A stretch of 64,000 nt of DNA from Candidatus Latescibacterota bacterium (GTDB taxonomy: Bacteria > Latescibacterota > UBA2968), in assembly GCA_965198115.1 (NCBI GenBank), contig OZ240241.1:32001-96000 (forward strand). Direction: 5' to 3'. The position numbers were made by a program, and so were the translations under genes. Below are positions 9,930-20,240 of the stretch, piece by piece (the stretch's first letter is position 1; each line of letters begins with the position of its first letter). The notes beneath the pieces were generated by a model. It made no database searches. It saw only the letters and a list, made by a program, of their open reading frames with translations, and was not told the DNA's origin.

Positions 9930-12690
9930 GAGCTATGATTAATAGGGTGTGGAAAAAGAGAAAGGGCGACCCTGCACTTCCCGTGAGATAGTCCTATTCA
10001 CGAAACACCGGGTGTGAGGCGAAGGAGGATCGCCGTGAGAGAACATACGCATAAAGCCTCGATGAAGTCTATCCCGACGTGGGAGACGGTTGATGATTGG
10101 ATCCGTGAAGAGATCCAGGTCCGTTTCCAAGGGATTCTGGAAGAAGAAGCGACCGCGTTCTTGGGCCGGTCGTGGTATGAGCGACGACCGGAAGTCGATA
10201 GCCCTGGAGGTTACAGGAACGGCTACGGTAAGCCCCGGCGTCTCTCGACGAGTTGTGGGACGATCGAGGTCAGGCGTCCTCGGGTTCGGGGTCTGGAGGA
10301 GCGGTTTGAAAGCCGTATCCTCCCGCTGTTCGCTCGGAGAACCAAGGCGGTTGGGGATCTGCTTCCCGACCTCTACCTCCACGGACTGGCCCAAGGTGAT
10401 TTCGAGCTCTCCTTACGTGCCCTGCTCGGTGAAGGTGCACCGCTGTCGCCAACCTCGATCGCTCGTCTGCGCGGCAAATGGGAGACCGATTTCCAGGACT
10501 GGAAGGAACGACGTCTGGATGACCACGAACTGGTTGGTGTTGTGCCTATCGTAGTTGAAACTTAGAGGGCTCCAAACTTACGTTGGGTAGACGTGTAGGA
10601 GCGTATACCCGTAAGAAAGGAGCCCAGATGGAGAAGCTATTTGTAGGCGATGGTGAAGTCAAGGTTGAGGGCGATGTCATCGATTTGGAGACGCGTTTGT
10701 CGGTGATCCAGGCGTTGATCCCGTTGGGTCTGGAGGCAGTGGCAGACCTCCTCCAGCAGGAGGTCGAGCAGCTCGCAGGCGTTCGGTATGCGCGCAAAGG
10801 TTCGGAGCAGGCGCATCGTCGGTGGGGAAGCCATAAGGGATCCGTGTATCTGATGGACCAGAAGCTCCCGTTAGACGTTCCCCGGGTGCGCGACGTCGAG
10901 GCCGACGCAGAGGTTTCCCTGGCTGCACACCGGGCTCTACAGACGCCCAAGAAGACGGACGAGGGGCTGTTGCTTCGTGTTCTCAAAGGGGATCTCGTGC
11001 CGCAACTACAAGGCCTGTGCCGAATCGGTTCCAGAAGCGTTTGGTATCTCAGCGTCCTCCGTCTCGCGGCGGTTCATCAAAGCCACCGCGAAGAAGCTGA
11101 AGCAGTTCCAGGAGCGTCCCCTCGACGACTACGGCTTCGTGACCCTGTTCATTGACGGAAAGAGCTTTGCCGACGAAGAGATCGTGATCGCTCCGGGGGT
11201 CACGATGGACGGCCAGAAGATCCCCCTGGGCTTCGTCGAATCGGCGACGGAGAACGAACGGATCTGCCGCCAGCTGATCCAGGACCTCATCCGGAGAGGC
11301 CTGTGCTACGACCAGGGCCTTCTCGTTGTGCTTGACGGCTCAAAGGGACTCCGCAGTGCTGTCACCAAAGCCCTCAAAGGGTATGTGCGCGTGCATCGCT
11401 GTCAGTGGCACAAGCGCGAGAATGTCGTCAGCGATGTCGAGGAGTGCGGCCGCCACCCATCTGTGTTTCTGGGGAGAGTTGTTCCAGCGTCTGACCTTCC
11501 GAGTGAGCTCGCCGGTCATGCTGTTGAGGGCTTCGATGCAGTTGGTGGTTCGGAAGCTTCGTTTCAGGAATGGGAGCATACCCAGCCGGTGGAGGGTCAG
11601 GGTTTCCTCCAGGCCTTCCTCGAGGCTCGTTACGGCAGACTGATTCATCAGCTTCAGTTCGGGTTTAAGTGATTCGAGTGCAGCCTTTGCCTCCTCGTAG
11701 GTGTCGCAGTCATAGGCTTTCTGGAGCTTCCGTCGAACTCTTGGACGTTCCCTCTCCGGGAGATAGCGAACCTCGCCTGCGACGCGTGAGCGGATACAAA
11801 CATCTTCCCCTACTCAGGCAAGCACTGAACAAAGATCTGAATCTCGACAACGAACAGAATACTCGGCAGAGAGCCTGACCAAACTACGGGGCCCGATGAG
11901 TTTCAACTGACTATGGGACTTGACCAACTGGTTTACGCTTGCCCGATGGCATCTATGTCAAAGCCGGACTCGAGCGCGACAAGGCGTGTCTGCTGGTCGT
12001 TATCGGCGCGATGAGCGACGGCAGCAAGGAGATCCTCGCACTGGAACCGGGCTATCGAGAGTCCACCGAATCCTGGCTCTCGGTTCTTCGAGATCTCCGA
12101 GACCGTGGGCTTGAACATCCTGTTCTTATCGGACGGGAACATGGGCATCTGGGCCGCCATAGACCAGGTCTGGCCGGAGAGCCGACAGCAACGATGCTGG
12201 AACCACAAGATCCTTAACGTGCTCGACAAGATCGCCAAGCGCTCACAAGCCGAAGCCCGGGCGTTGCTTATACAGATCCCGTATGCGAATACGCGAAGAG
12301 ACGCCGAGAAACTCCGGGAAACGCTTTGCCGCACGATATCGCTCACAGTTTCCTGCTGCCGTGGACGCGCTCGAACGGGACTGGGATCGAATGGTCACGT
12401 TCTACGACTTCCCGAAGAAGCATTGGAAACACCTGAGAACCACAAACGTCGTCGAGAGCCCTTTTGCTTCCGTTCGACTCCGCACAAACGCCGCCAAGAG
12501 GTTCAAGAAAGTCACAAGCGCAACGGTTCTCATCTGGCGAACACTCTTGGTCGCAGAAAGCCAATTCAGGAAACTTGACGCCCCACACCTACTTCAAAAC
12601 ATCTATGATCAGAAACACGCAACCAATCCCCAGATCGCTACGGGAAAGCTGGCCGCCTGATTTCTTTTACACACCTCTTGACCTGAACTC
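9930..12690 (+). mobile_element. IS256-family element (lineage A), interrupted by a lineage-B IS256 and frameshifted
   Basis: Direct repeat TTGCCCGGA (9921-9929 / 12691-12699). ORF pieces 10014-10535 and 11934-12660 match the 416-aa transposase at 29269. Confidence 0.92.
10536..11925 (+). mobile_element. IS256-family element (lineage B) with an internal inversion at about 11432-11766
   Basis: 8-bp target duplication AACTGGTT (10528-10535 / 11926-11933). Near-identical to the reverse complement of 16800-18193 except for the inverted block. Confidence 0.92.
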
Positions 12691-12710
12691 TTGCCCGGAC
12701 GTATATTTTC

Positions 12711-14129
12711 GGCTATATCCGGATCTCTCAACGAGATGAAGTGGGTGAAGGTGCCGTGGTTCCTGGCATGGGGGCGCGGTTAGCGTGTGCGGAACCTCTT
12801 CGGAATCTGCTCAGGGATGTTTATGTCTCCGACGGTAAGGAAGATCATATCGTTGAATGCGTCGAGTGTGCGGAATCCGCTGGCTCGGTTCTTGACGATT
12901 TGGACGATTCGGTTGAGGCCTTCGGCGATGGCGTTGGTAAGACGCGTGTTCACGAATGCGAGGACGCCGAAGAAGTGCTGTCGCAGGGTCCTGACGAACT
13001 TTCGCAGGGGTTCAAGTCGACTTCTGAGTGCGGACGTCGTCCAGCATTTCAGGAAGCGTTCGGCAGCCCAGGGCGCTTTGTATTCCCAGAACTGCTCGAA
13101 CTCGTCCTTGAGTCTCCAGGCTCTATAGATTCGGTAGTTCGCCTTCTCCAGTGCTTTGAGTGTCCGAGTATCCCCTCTGGAGCGTGTCGCTGAGTGCCGG
13201 TAGAGGAGCCATCGGAGGCCCTTCATGGCTTTGCGCTCATCCGGGGCAGCTTTACGCCACTGGTCCTTACGGACCTCGTCAACGGCGGCATTGAGAGCCT
13301 TGACGATGTGAAAGCGATCGAGGACCAGCTTGGCATTCGGACAGTGTTCCTGGATGGCTCCGATGTAAGCTTCGCTCATGTCGCAGCAGGCCCACTCGAT
13401 CTTGGATCTCCGGTAGGGACTGAGAGCCTCTGTGAAGAACCGATCGATCGTTTTACGCGCCCTGCCGCGGCCAACCCACACCACGCAGGAGCGGTCCAGA
13501 TCGTAAACGAGCGTGGCGTACCTGTGACGCTTGGCGTAGGAGATCTCGTCGATCCCGATGGTTTTGAGCCCTCGGATACGATGACCTTCACGAAGCCGCG
13601 TGATGGATCGGTGAAGGAGATCCGACAGCGTCGAGGCAGAGATGCGCAGTAACTCGGACGCCGCCTTCTGCGTCATGGTCTGGCAGTAGCGCAGCATGGC
13701 ATACTCGAAGCGATACGTCACCCGAGAGAACCGCTCCGCCCACGGAATCTCCTCGACCACACGACCGTGGGTAGGACACCGAATCTCCCGAGGATGGTAG
13801 AGAAGCCAGACCCTCCACCCGCACACCGGAATGTCACGCCACCGACGCGGATGGGGCATTGTGCGGACGATTTTACCTCGACGGCCGCACTCCGGACAAC
13901 AACAACCATTCTTATGTGGCTTTACGGCGATGACAAACAGCTTCTCCCCTCAAACCACCAGCTGACAACACGGAACCCCTTGAATCTCAGCAGTTTCGAT
14001 AGTAATCTGCTCCCGGTCATAGGTCGCACCCCCTTCGCTTTGATTGTCCTACACACACAACCAAGCGTAGGGAACGATCTATGACCTTGTCATTCTATAG
14101 TTTCACCGTTGAGAAACCCGGATAGAGCC
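12711..14129 (-). mobile_element. ISL3-family element, copy 2 (1-bp deletion near 13934)
   Basis: Same termini as the other copies. 8-bp target duplication ATATTTTC (12703-12710 / 14130-14137). Confidence 0.95.
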
Positions 14130-14345
14130 ATATTTTCACTATGAGCTATACTTTGCTTGCGATGATGGCGGCACGTAGACCGTGGAATAGCATATGGCAA
14201 CAGGAGTGCACAAATAGCCAAAAGGACATCTCATTGTGAGCTGTATGATGGAACCTTGCTGGAGGGAGTCTGGTTCCAGCGAATCCTACCTTCAGGATTT
14301 CGACAAGGTTCTCAGGCGGCAGCAGTGCATAGGAATTAGAAATTC

Positions 14346-16727
14346 ATGATTAAAACATACTTTGCGCTGTGGATCCGAAACATTCGCAGGGACAGTCTGC
14401 AATCAGCAGTGAATATCTTCGGCTTATCGCTAGGAATGGCCTGCTGTATTCTGATTTTGTTGTACGTTCAGAGTGAGTCGAGCTACGATCAAAGTCACCA
14501 TAGTGGGGATAGGATTTTTCGTCTTGCGCAAGAGGTCGAGATTTCGGGAAGGACAAGATCTGTCGCTATTACGACCTATCCTATGGGCGAAGCATTAGTA
14601 GAAGAATACCCTGAGGTTTCAGAAATCGTCAGATTTAGAAAGGACGATGGAAGGACTCTTGTGGAGATCGGGAAAGACCGGTTCTTCGAGACAGGCGTAT
14701 TGTTTGTGGAGCCGAATGTCTTTAGAGTCTTCGACTTTCCTTTAGCAAGTGGGGATGCGCATGATGCGCTACGTAACCCGAGTTCCGTGGTCATTGCAGA
14801 ACACAGAGCTAAGAAGTACTTCGGGTCAACGAATGACGCATTGGGGCAGTCCCTAGTTATTGGCGGCGAATCCTACCAGATTTCAGGCGTAGCGGCGGAT
14901 ACGCCCGCGAAGAGCCACATCGAGTTTAATTTTCTGATTCCACTGTTGGAGGGTCGAGGGTGGTTGGATTTCAGGTACAAGTACTACACCTACATAGTCT
15001 TGGAGACGGAATCTTCGGATAAAGAGCTTAACGCAAAGCTGCCCGAATTCATCGAAAGACATCTTGGCGATCAACTACGAGCGGGGAGAATGGAACTTTC
15101 GCTCTTTCTGCAGAAGGTGACAGATATACATCTTCATTCGAACCTTGAGTACGAGATCAGCGGAAATGGTGACATACGTAGGCTTAGGATTTTTGCGGCT
15201 GTAGCAATCATGGTGCTTCTACTTGCTTGCTTCAACTATGTGAACCTATCAACTGCGCGCGCTGAGAGGCGTTTGAGAGAAATCGGGCTTCGAAAGACCG
15301 TAGGGGGAGGTCGTTCACAAATCTTTGGGCAGCTCCTTGGTGAGTCGTTCTTCCAGGCGTTGCTTGCTATGATGATCTCATTGCTATTGGTTGAGGGGGC
15401 AATTGGGGAATGGGGTGGTCTGCTTGATCTTAGGGTGACCTCTCCTTGGGGAGGGAGCTGGGCTGCGTGGCTAGTACCTCTTGGAGTTGGGCTGTTTTCG
15501 GGAATTCTCTCGGGAAGCTACCCAGCCGTTATCCTATCATCCGTTCGTCCCACCGAGGCTGTACTTGGATCATTTAAGACAAGATCAGCCTTACGCCGCA
15601 TTCTTGTTGTTTTTCAGTTTGTCATCTCTGGAGTCCTCATGATTTGCACTTGTGCGGTGTATAATCAGTGGGAATTCATGCGGACGAAATCTCCAGGATT
15701 TCAAAAGGAGAACATAGTTGTTATCCCTCTGGCAGGTAAAGATGACCGTGTAATTGATCAGTACAAGACAGCCATTCGAGCATACTCGCAGGTGATCAGC
15801 GCATCCGCATCCTCTATGGTTCCGGGTCGCGAGATTGCTAGTGGCCTTTTCCGGTCGTCCTCAGACAAGGAGAAGACCGAGCCACTCATGGTTAACTTGA
15901 TTAACGTCGTAGATCACGAGTTGGTCGATACATACCGCTTCAGCGTTTTAAAAGGGAGAACGATGCGCGACACCGACCAAGGAGTGGTCTTCTTGATCAA
16001 CGAATCTGCTCTGAGGATGTTTGGATGGAGTTCGATCGAAGGTCAGCAGCTGGAACAAGTCTATCCGGCGGGGGATGAGTTGAATGTCGAGGCTGTAGGG
16101 CCAGTGATAGGTGTTGTGGAGGATTTCCACTACCAATCCCTACATCATCTCGTCGAGCCCCTAGTTGTTGCGAATCTCCAGGAATGGGTCCAGTACCTCT
16201 CGATTCGAATTACAGGAGATGAGTTTGGGCGTACGCTGGTTTACCTTAGCGACCAGTGGCGCACCATCTCGCCTGAAACTCCATTTGAGTATTTTCTTCT
16301 TGATGCCGATCTGGAAAAACTATACCTCAAGGAGGAACGACAGAGCGCTATGCTCGGTGCATTCGCGGCAATTGCCATCATGTTGGCTGGCATGGGAATG
16401 TTCGGCCTAGTGTCGCAAACGACTCGACAGAGGATCAGGGAAATCGGAATGCGCAAGGTGCTTGGCGCGAAAAACTGGCAGTGCGCAACAGTCCTGCTTG
16501 GAAGACTCCTGCTGCTCTTGGGGATTTCGAACGTGATCGCATTGCCCATAGCATACATCGCATTCCGCCAATGGGTGCGTGATTTTCCATATCAGACGGA
16601 GATAGGTTCTCTCCCGTTCCTCATTGCGGCGGGTATGACTCTTCTAACCACGGTCGTCGCGATAGCCCACGAAATAAGCATTACCGCCCGAACAAGCCCG
16701 ATTGCAGTATTGCGGCGGGCCGATTGA
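14346..16727 (+). CDS. ABC transporter permease, MacB/FtsX family (duplicated architecture)
   Basis: 793 aa with NIFGLSLGMACC, LLACFNYVNLSTAR..R.REIGLRK and a second RIREIGMRKVLGA module. Confidence 0.93.
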   Translation: MIKTYFALWIRNIRRDSLQSAVNIFGLSLGMACCILILLYVQSESSYDQSHHSGDRIFRLAQEVEISGRTRSVAITTYPMGEALVEEYPEVSEIVRFRKDDGRTLVEIGKDRFFETGVLFVEPNVFRVFDFPLASGDAHDALRNPSSVVIAEHRAKKYFGSTNDALGQSLVIGGESYQISGVAADTPAKSHIEFNFLIPLLEGRGWLDFRYKYYTYIVLETESSDKELNAKLPEFIERHLGDQLRAGRMELSLFLQKVTDIHLHSNLEYEISGNGDIRRLRIFAAVAIMVLLLACFNYVNLSTARAERRLREIGLRKTVGGGRSQIFGQLLGESFFQALLAMMISLLLVEGAIGEWGGLLDLRVTSPWGGSWAAWLVPLGVGLFSGILSGSYPAVILSSVRPTEAVLGSFKTRSALRRILVVFQFVISGVLMICTCAVYNQWEFMRTKSPGFQKENIVVIPLAGKDDRVIDQYKTAIRAYSQVISASASSMVPGREIASGLFRSSSDKEKTEPLMVNLINVVDHELVDTYRFSVLKGRTMRDTDQGVVFLINESALRMFGWSSIEGQQLEQVYPAGDELNVEAVGPVIGVVEDFHYQSLHHLVEPLVVANLQEWVQYLSIRITGDEFGRTLVYLSDQWRTISPETPFEYFLLDADLEKLYLKEERQSAMLGAFAAIAIMLAGMGMFGLVSQTTRQRIREIGMRKVLGAKNWQCATVLLGRLLLLLGISNVIALPIAYIAFRQWVRDFPYQTEIGSLPFLIAAGMTLLTTVVAIAHEISITARTSPIAVLRRAD

Positions 16728-16799
16728 GGGCGACGCTGTTCCTCCCAAGCGCATCCAGGACCCGGTGAGCAGAGACTGATTGAGAGTTGCAAGCCTATA

Positions 16800-18193
16800 G
16801 GTCAAGTCCCATAGTCAGTTGAAACTCATCGGGCCCCGTAGTTTGGTCAGGCTCTCTGCCGAGCATTCTGTTCGTTGTCGAGATTCAGATCTTTGTTCAG
16901 TGCTTGCCTGAGTAGGGGAAGATGTTTGTATCCGCTCACGCGTCGCAGGCGAGGTTCGATGTCGAGGAGTGCGGCAGCCACCCATCTGTGTCTCTGGGGA
17001 GAGTTGTGTTCCAGCGTCTGACCTTCCGAGTGAGCTCGCCGGTCATGCTGTTGAGGGCTTCGATGCAGTAGTTGGTGGTTCGGAAGCTTCGTTTCAGGAA
17101 TGGGAGCATCCCCAGCCGGTGGAGGGTCAGGGTTTCCTCCTGGCCTTCCTCGAGGCTCGTTACGGCAGACTGATTCATCAGCCTCAGTTCGGGTTTAAGT
17201 GATTCGAGTGCGGCCTTTGCCTCCTCGTAGGTGTCGCAGTCATAGGCTTTCTGGAGCTTCCGTCGGATTCGCGGACGTTCTGGCCTCCGGGAGGTAGCTG
17301 ACGACATTCTCGCGCTTGTGCCACTGACAGCGATGCACGCGCACATATCCTTTGAGGGCTTTGGTGACGGCACTGCGGAGTCCCTTTGAGCCGTCAAGCA
17401 CAACGAGGAGGCCTTGATCGTAGCACAGGCCTCTCCGGATGAGGTCCTGGATCAGCTGGCGGCAGATCCGTTCGTTCTCCGTCGCCGATTCGACGAAGCC
17501 CAGGGGGATCTTCTGGCCGTCCATCGTGACCCCCAGAGCGATCACGATCTCTTCGTCGGCAAAGCTCTTTCCGTCAATGAACAGGGTCACGAAGCCGTAG
17601 TCGTCGAGGGGACGCTCCTGGAACTGCTTCAGCTTCTTCGCGGTGGCTTTGATGAACCGCCGCGAGACGGAGGACGCTGAGATACCAAACGCTTCTGGAA
17701 CCGATTCGGCACAGGCCTTGTAGTTGCGGCACGAGATCCCCTTTGAGAACACGAAGCAACAGCCCCTCGTCCGTCTTCTTGGGCGTCTGTAGAGCCCGGT
17801 GTGCAGCCAGGGAAACCTCTGCGTCGGCCTCGACGTCGCGCACCCGGGGAACGTCTAACGGGAGCTTCTGGTCCATCAGATACACGGATCCCTTATGGCT
17901 TCCCCACCGACGATGCGCCTGCTCCGAACCTTTGCGCGCATACCGAACGCCTGCGAGCTGCTCGACCTCCTGCTGGAGGAGGTCTGCCACTGCCTCCAGA
18001 CCCAACGGGATCAACGCCTGGATCACCGACAAACGCGTCTCCAAATCGATGACATCGCCCTCAACCTTGACTTCACCATCGCCTACAAATAGCTTCTCCA
18101 TCTGGGCTCCTTTCTTACGGGTATACGCTCCTACACGTCTACCCAACGTAAGTTTGGAGCCCTCTAAGTTTCAACTACGATAGGCACAACACC
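16800..18193 (-). mobile_element. IS256-family element (lineage B), multiply frameshifted
   Basis: Termini GGTCAAGTCCC...GGCACAACACC with near-duplicated flanks AGCCTATA / AGCCCTATA. Transposase is split over 17574-18146, 17240-17752 and 16936-17403. Confidence 0.92.
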
Positions 18194-18266
18194 AGCCCTA
18201 TAAAGAAGTTTGCAAAGTGACAGGCGCACCTTAGATTATAGCTGCATTTGCAATATGAAAATATAT

Positions 18267-19686
18267 GGCTATATTCGGATCTCTCAACTAGATGAAGTGG
18301 GTGAAGGTGCCGTGGTTCCTGGCATGGGGGCGCGGTTAGAGTGTGCGGAACCTCTTCGGAATCTGCTCAGGGATGTTTATGTCTCCGACGGTAAGGAAGA
18401 TCATATCGTTGAATGCGTCGAGTGTGCGGAATCCGCTGGCTCGGTTCTTGACGATTTGGACGATTCGGTTGAGGCCTTCGGCGATGGCGTTGGTAAGACG
18501 CGTGTTCACGAATGCGAGGACGCCGAAGAAGTGCTGTCGCAGGGTCCTGACGAACTTTCGCAGGGGTTCAAGTCGACTTCTGAGTGCGGACGTCGTCCAG
18601 CATTTCAGGAAGCGTTCGGCAGCCCAGGGCGCTTTGTATTCCCAGAACTGCTCGAACTCGTCCTTGAGTCTCCAGGCTCTATAGATTCGGTAGTTCGCCT
18701 TCTCCAGTGCTTCGAGTGTCCGAGTATCCCCTCTGGAGCGTGTCGCTGAGTGCCGGTAGAGGAGCCATCGGAGGCCCTTCATGGCTTTGCGCTCATCCGG
18801 GGCAGCTTTACGCCACTGGTCCTTACGGACCTCGTCAACGGCGGCATTGAGAGCCTTGACGATGTGAAAGCGATCGAGGACCAGCTTGGCATTCGGACAG
18901 TGTTCCTGGATGGCTCCGATGTAAGCTTCGCTCATGTCGCAGCAGGCCCACTCGATCTTGGATCTCCGGTAGGGACTGAGAGCCTCTGTGAAGAACCGAT
19001 CGATCGTTTTACGCGCCCTGCCGCGGCCAACCCACACCACGCAGGAGCGGTCCAGATCGTAAACGAGCGTGGCGTACCTGTGACGCTTGGCGTAGGAGAT
19101 CTCGTCGATCCCGATGGTTTTGAGCCCTCGGATACGATGACCTTCACGAAGCCGTGTGATGGATCGGTGAAGGAGATCCGACAGCGTCGAGGCAGAGATG
19201 CGCAGTAACTCGGACGCCGCCTTCTGCGTCATGGTCTGGCAGTAGCGCAGCATGGCATACTCGAAGCGATACGTCACCCGAGAGAACCGCTCCGCCCACG
19301 GAATCTCCTCGACCACACGACCGTGGGTAGGACACCGAATCTCCCGAGGATGGTAGAGAAGCCAGACCCTCCACCCGCACACCGGAATGTCACGCCACCG
19401 ACGCGGATGGGGCATTGTGCGGACGATTTTACCTCGACGGCCGCACTCCGGACAACAACAACCATTCTTATGTGGCTTTACGGCGATGACGAAACAGCTT
19501 CTCCCCTCAAACCACCAGCTGACAACACGGAACCCCTTGAATCTCAGCAGTTTCGATAGTAATCTGCTCCCGGTCATAGGTCGCACCCCCTTCGCTTTGA
19601 TTGTCCTACACACACAACCAAGCGTAGGGAACGATCTATGACCTTGTCATTCTATAGTTTCACCGTTGAGAAACCCGGATAGAGCC
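18267..19686 (-). mobile_element. ISL3-family element, copy 3, intact 425-aa transposase (18336-19613)
   Basis: 8-bp target duplication AAATATAT (18259-18266 / 19687-19694). 1420 bp. Confidence 0.97.
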
Positions 19687-19747
19687 AAATATATGTACCC
19701 TCCTTGTATCATTCGGTTGAAGGAGTAGATAGCAGAGCCGTACTTCC

Positions 19748-20209
19748 GTCCTGATCGAGCGGGGAGCTGTTTCACTCATTTCGTATCAAGGAGAGACCGG
19801 TATGAAAGTGCTCAAGAAGCCAGTAGTGGCGCCCAGTGAGCAGGAGCTGCTCTACGAGGCGCTGGATTGCACCGAGGAGTGCTGTAGAGGCGGATGTCGG
19901 GTCAGAATCTTCGACACCGATGATACAGACGACATCCTCTTCTAAAGAACGGCAGTCAAGTTAGGAGTGCCTGAAGTTAGGAGACTCGTAAGCTCTAAAG
20001 TTGTAGGCCACAAAGCGGATCTCCTGATTAGGACAGAATCACCAAGATCTCCAGTATGGGATCAACTGTAGTGAATTAGCTGTTCTCGTCTCATGGGCAG
20101 AATGCGACCTAAGCATGAGGTCGCTTCGTGTGAGGGTCATCCGTGCGGCGTAAGAACTCAGACGAATCTCCACTCTTGAAATGAGAGTAGTTCCCCGTTC
20201 GATCAGGAC
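19748..20209 (+). promoter_or_regulatory. Long-range inverted repeat (19748-19768 with 20189-20209) enclosing the precursor ORF
   Basis: GTCCTGATCGAGCGGGGAGCT pairs with AGTTCCCCGTTCGATCAGGAC over 21 contiguous bp with two G-U pairs. Extended by CTCATTTC / GAAATGAG. Confidence 0.8.
19802..19945 (+). CDS. Putative RiPP precursor peptide, 47 aa, not in the ORF track: MKVLKKPVVAPSEQELLYEALDCTEECCRGGCRVRIFDTDDTDDILF
   Basis: Translated by hand from ATG 19802 to TAA 19943-19945. Strong RBS AAGGAG upstream. Basic leader, C-x3-CC-x3-C core, acidic tail. First ORF upstream of the radical SAM/SPASM gene. Confidence 0.85.
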   Translation: MKVLKKPVVAPSEQELLYEALDCTEECCRGGCRVRIFDTDDTDDILF

Positions 20210-20240
20210 AATCAAATCAGTCGTGTAGGAGGACTCTACG

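Noticed and set aside
12741-13652. Recurring 150-152 aa ORFs (also at 1286, 18210, 25124, 51288)
   Set aside because: Antisense frames of the ISL3 transposase, repeated only because the IS is repeated.
14141-14239. 32-aa ORF upstream of the permease as a precursor
   Set aside because: No RBS or precursor-like composition. Lies in a probable divergent promoter region.
20093-20179. 28-aa ORF MGRMRPKHEVASCEGHPCGVRTQTNLHS as a second precursor
   Set aside because: No RBS, no similarity to the 47-aa leader, and it overlaps the RNA stem arm.
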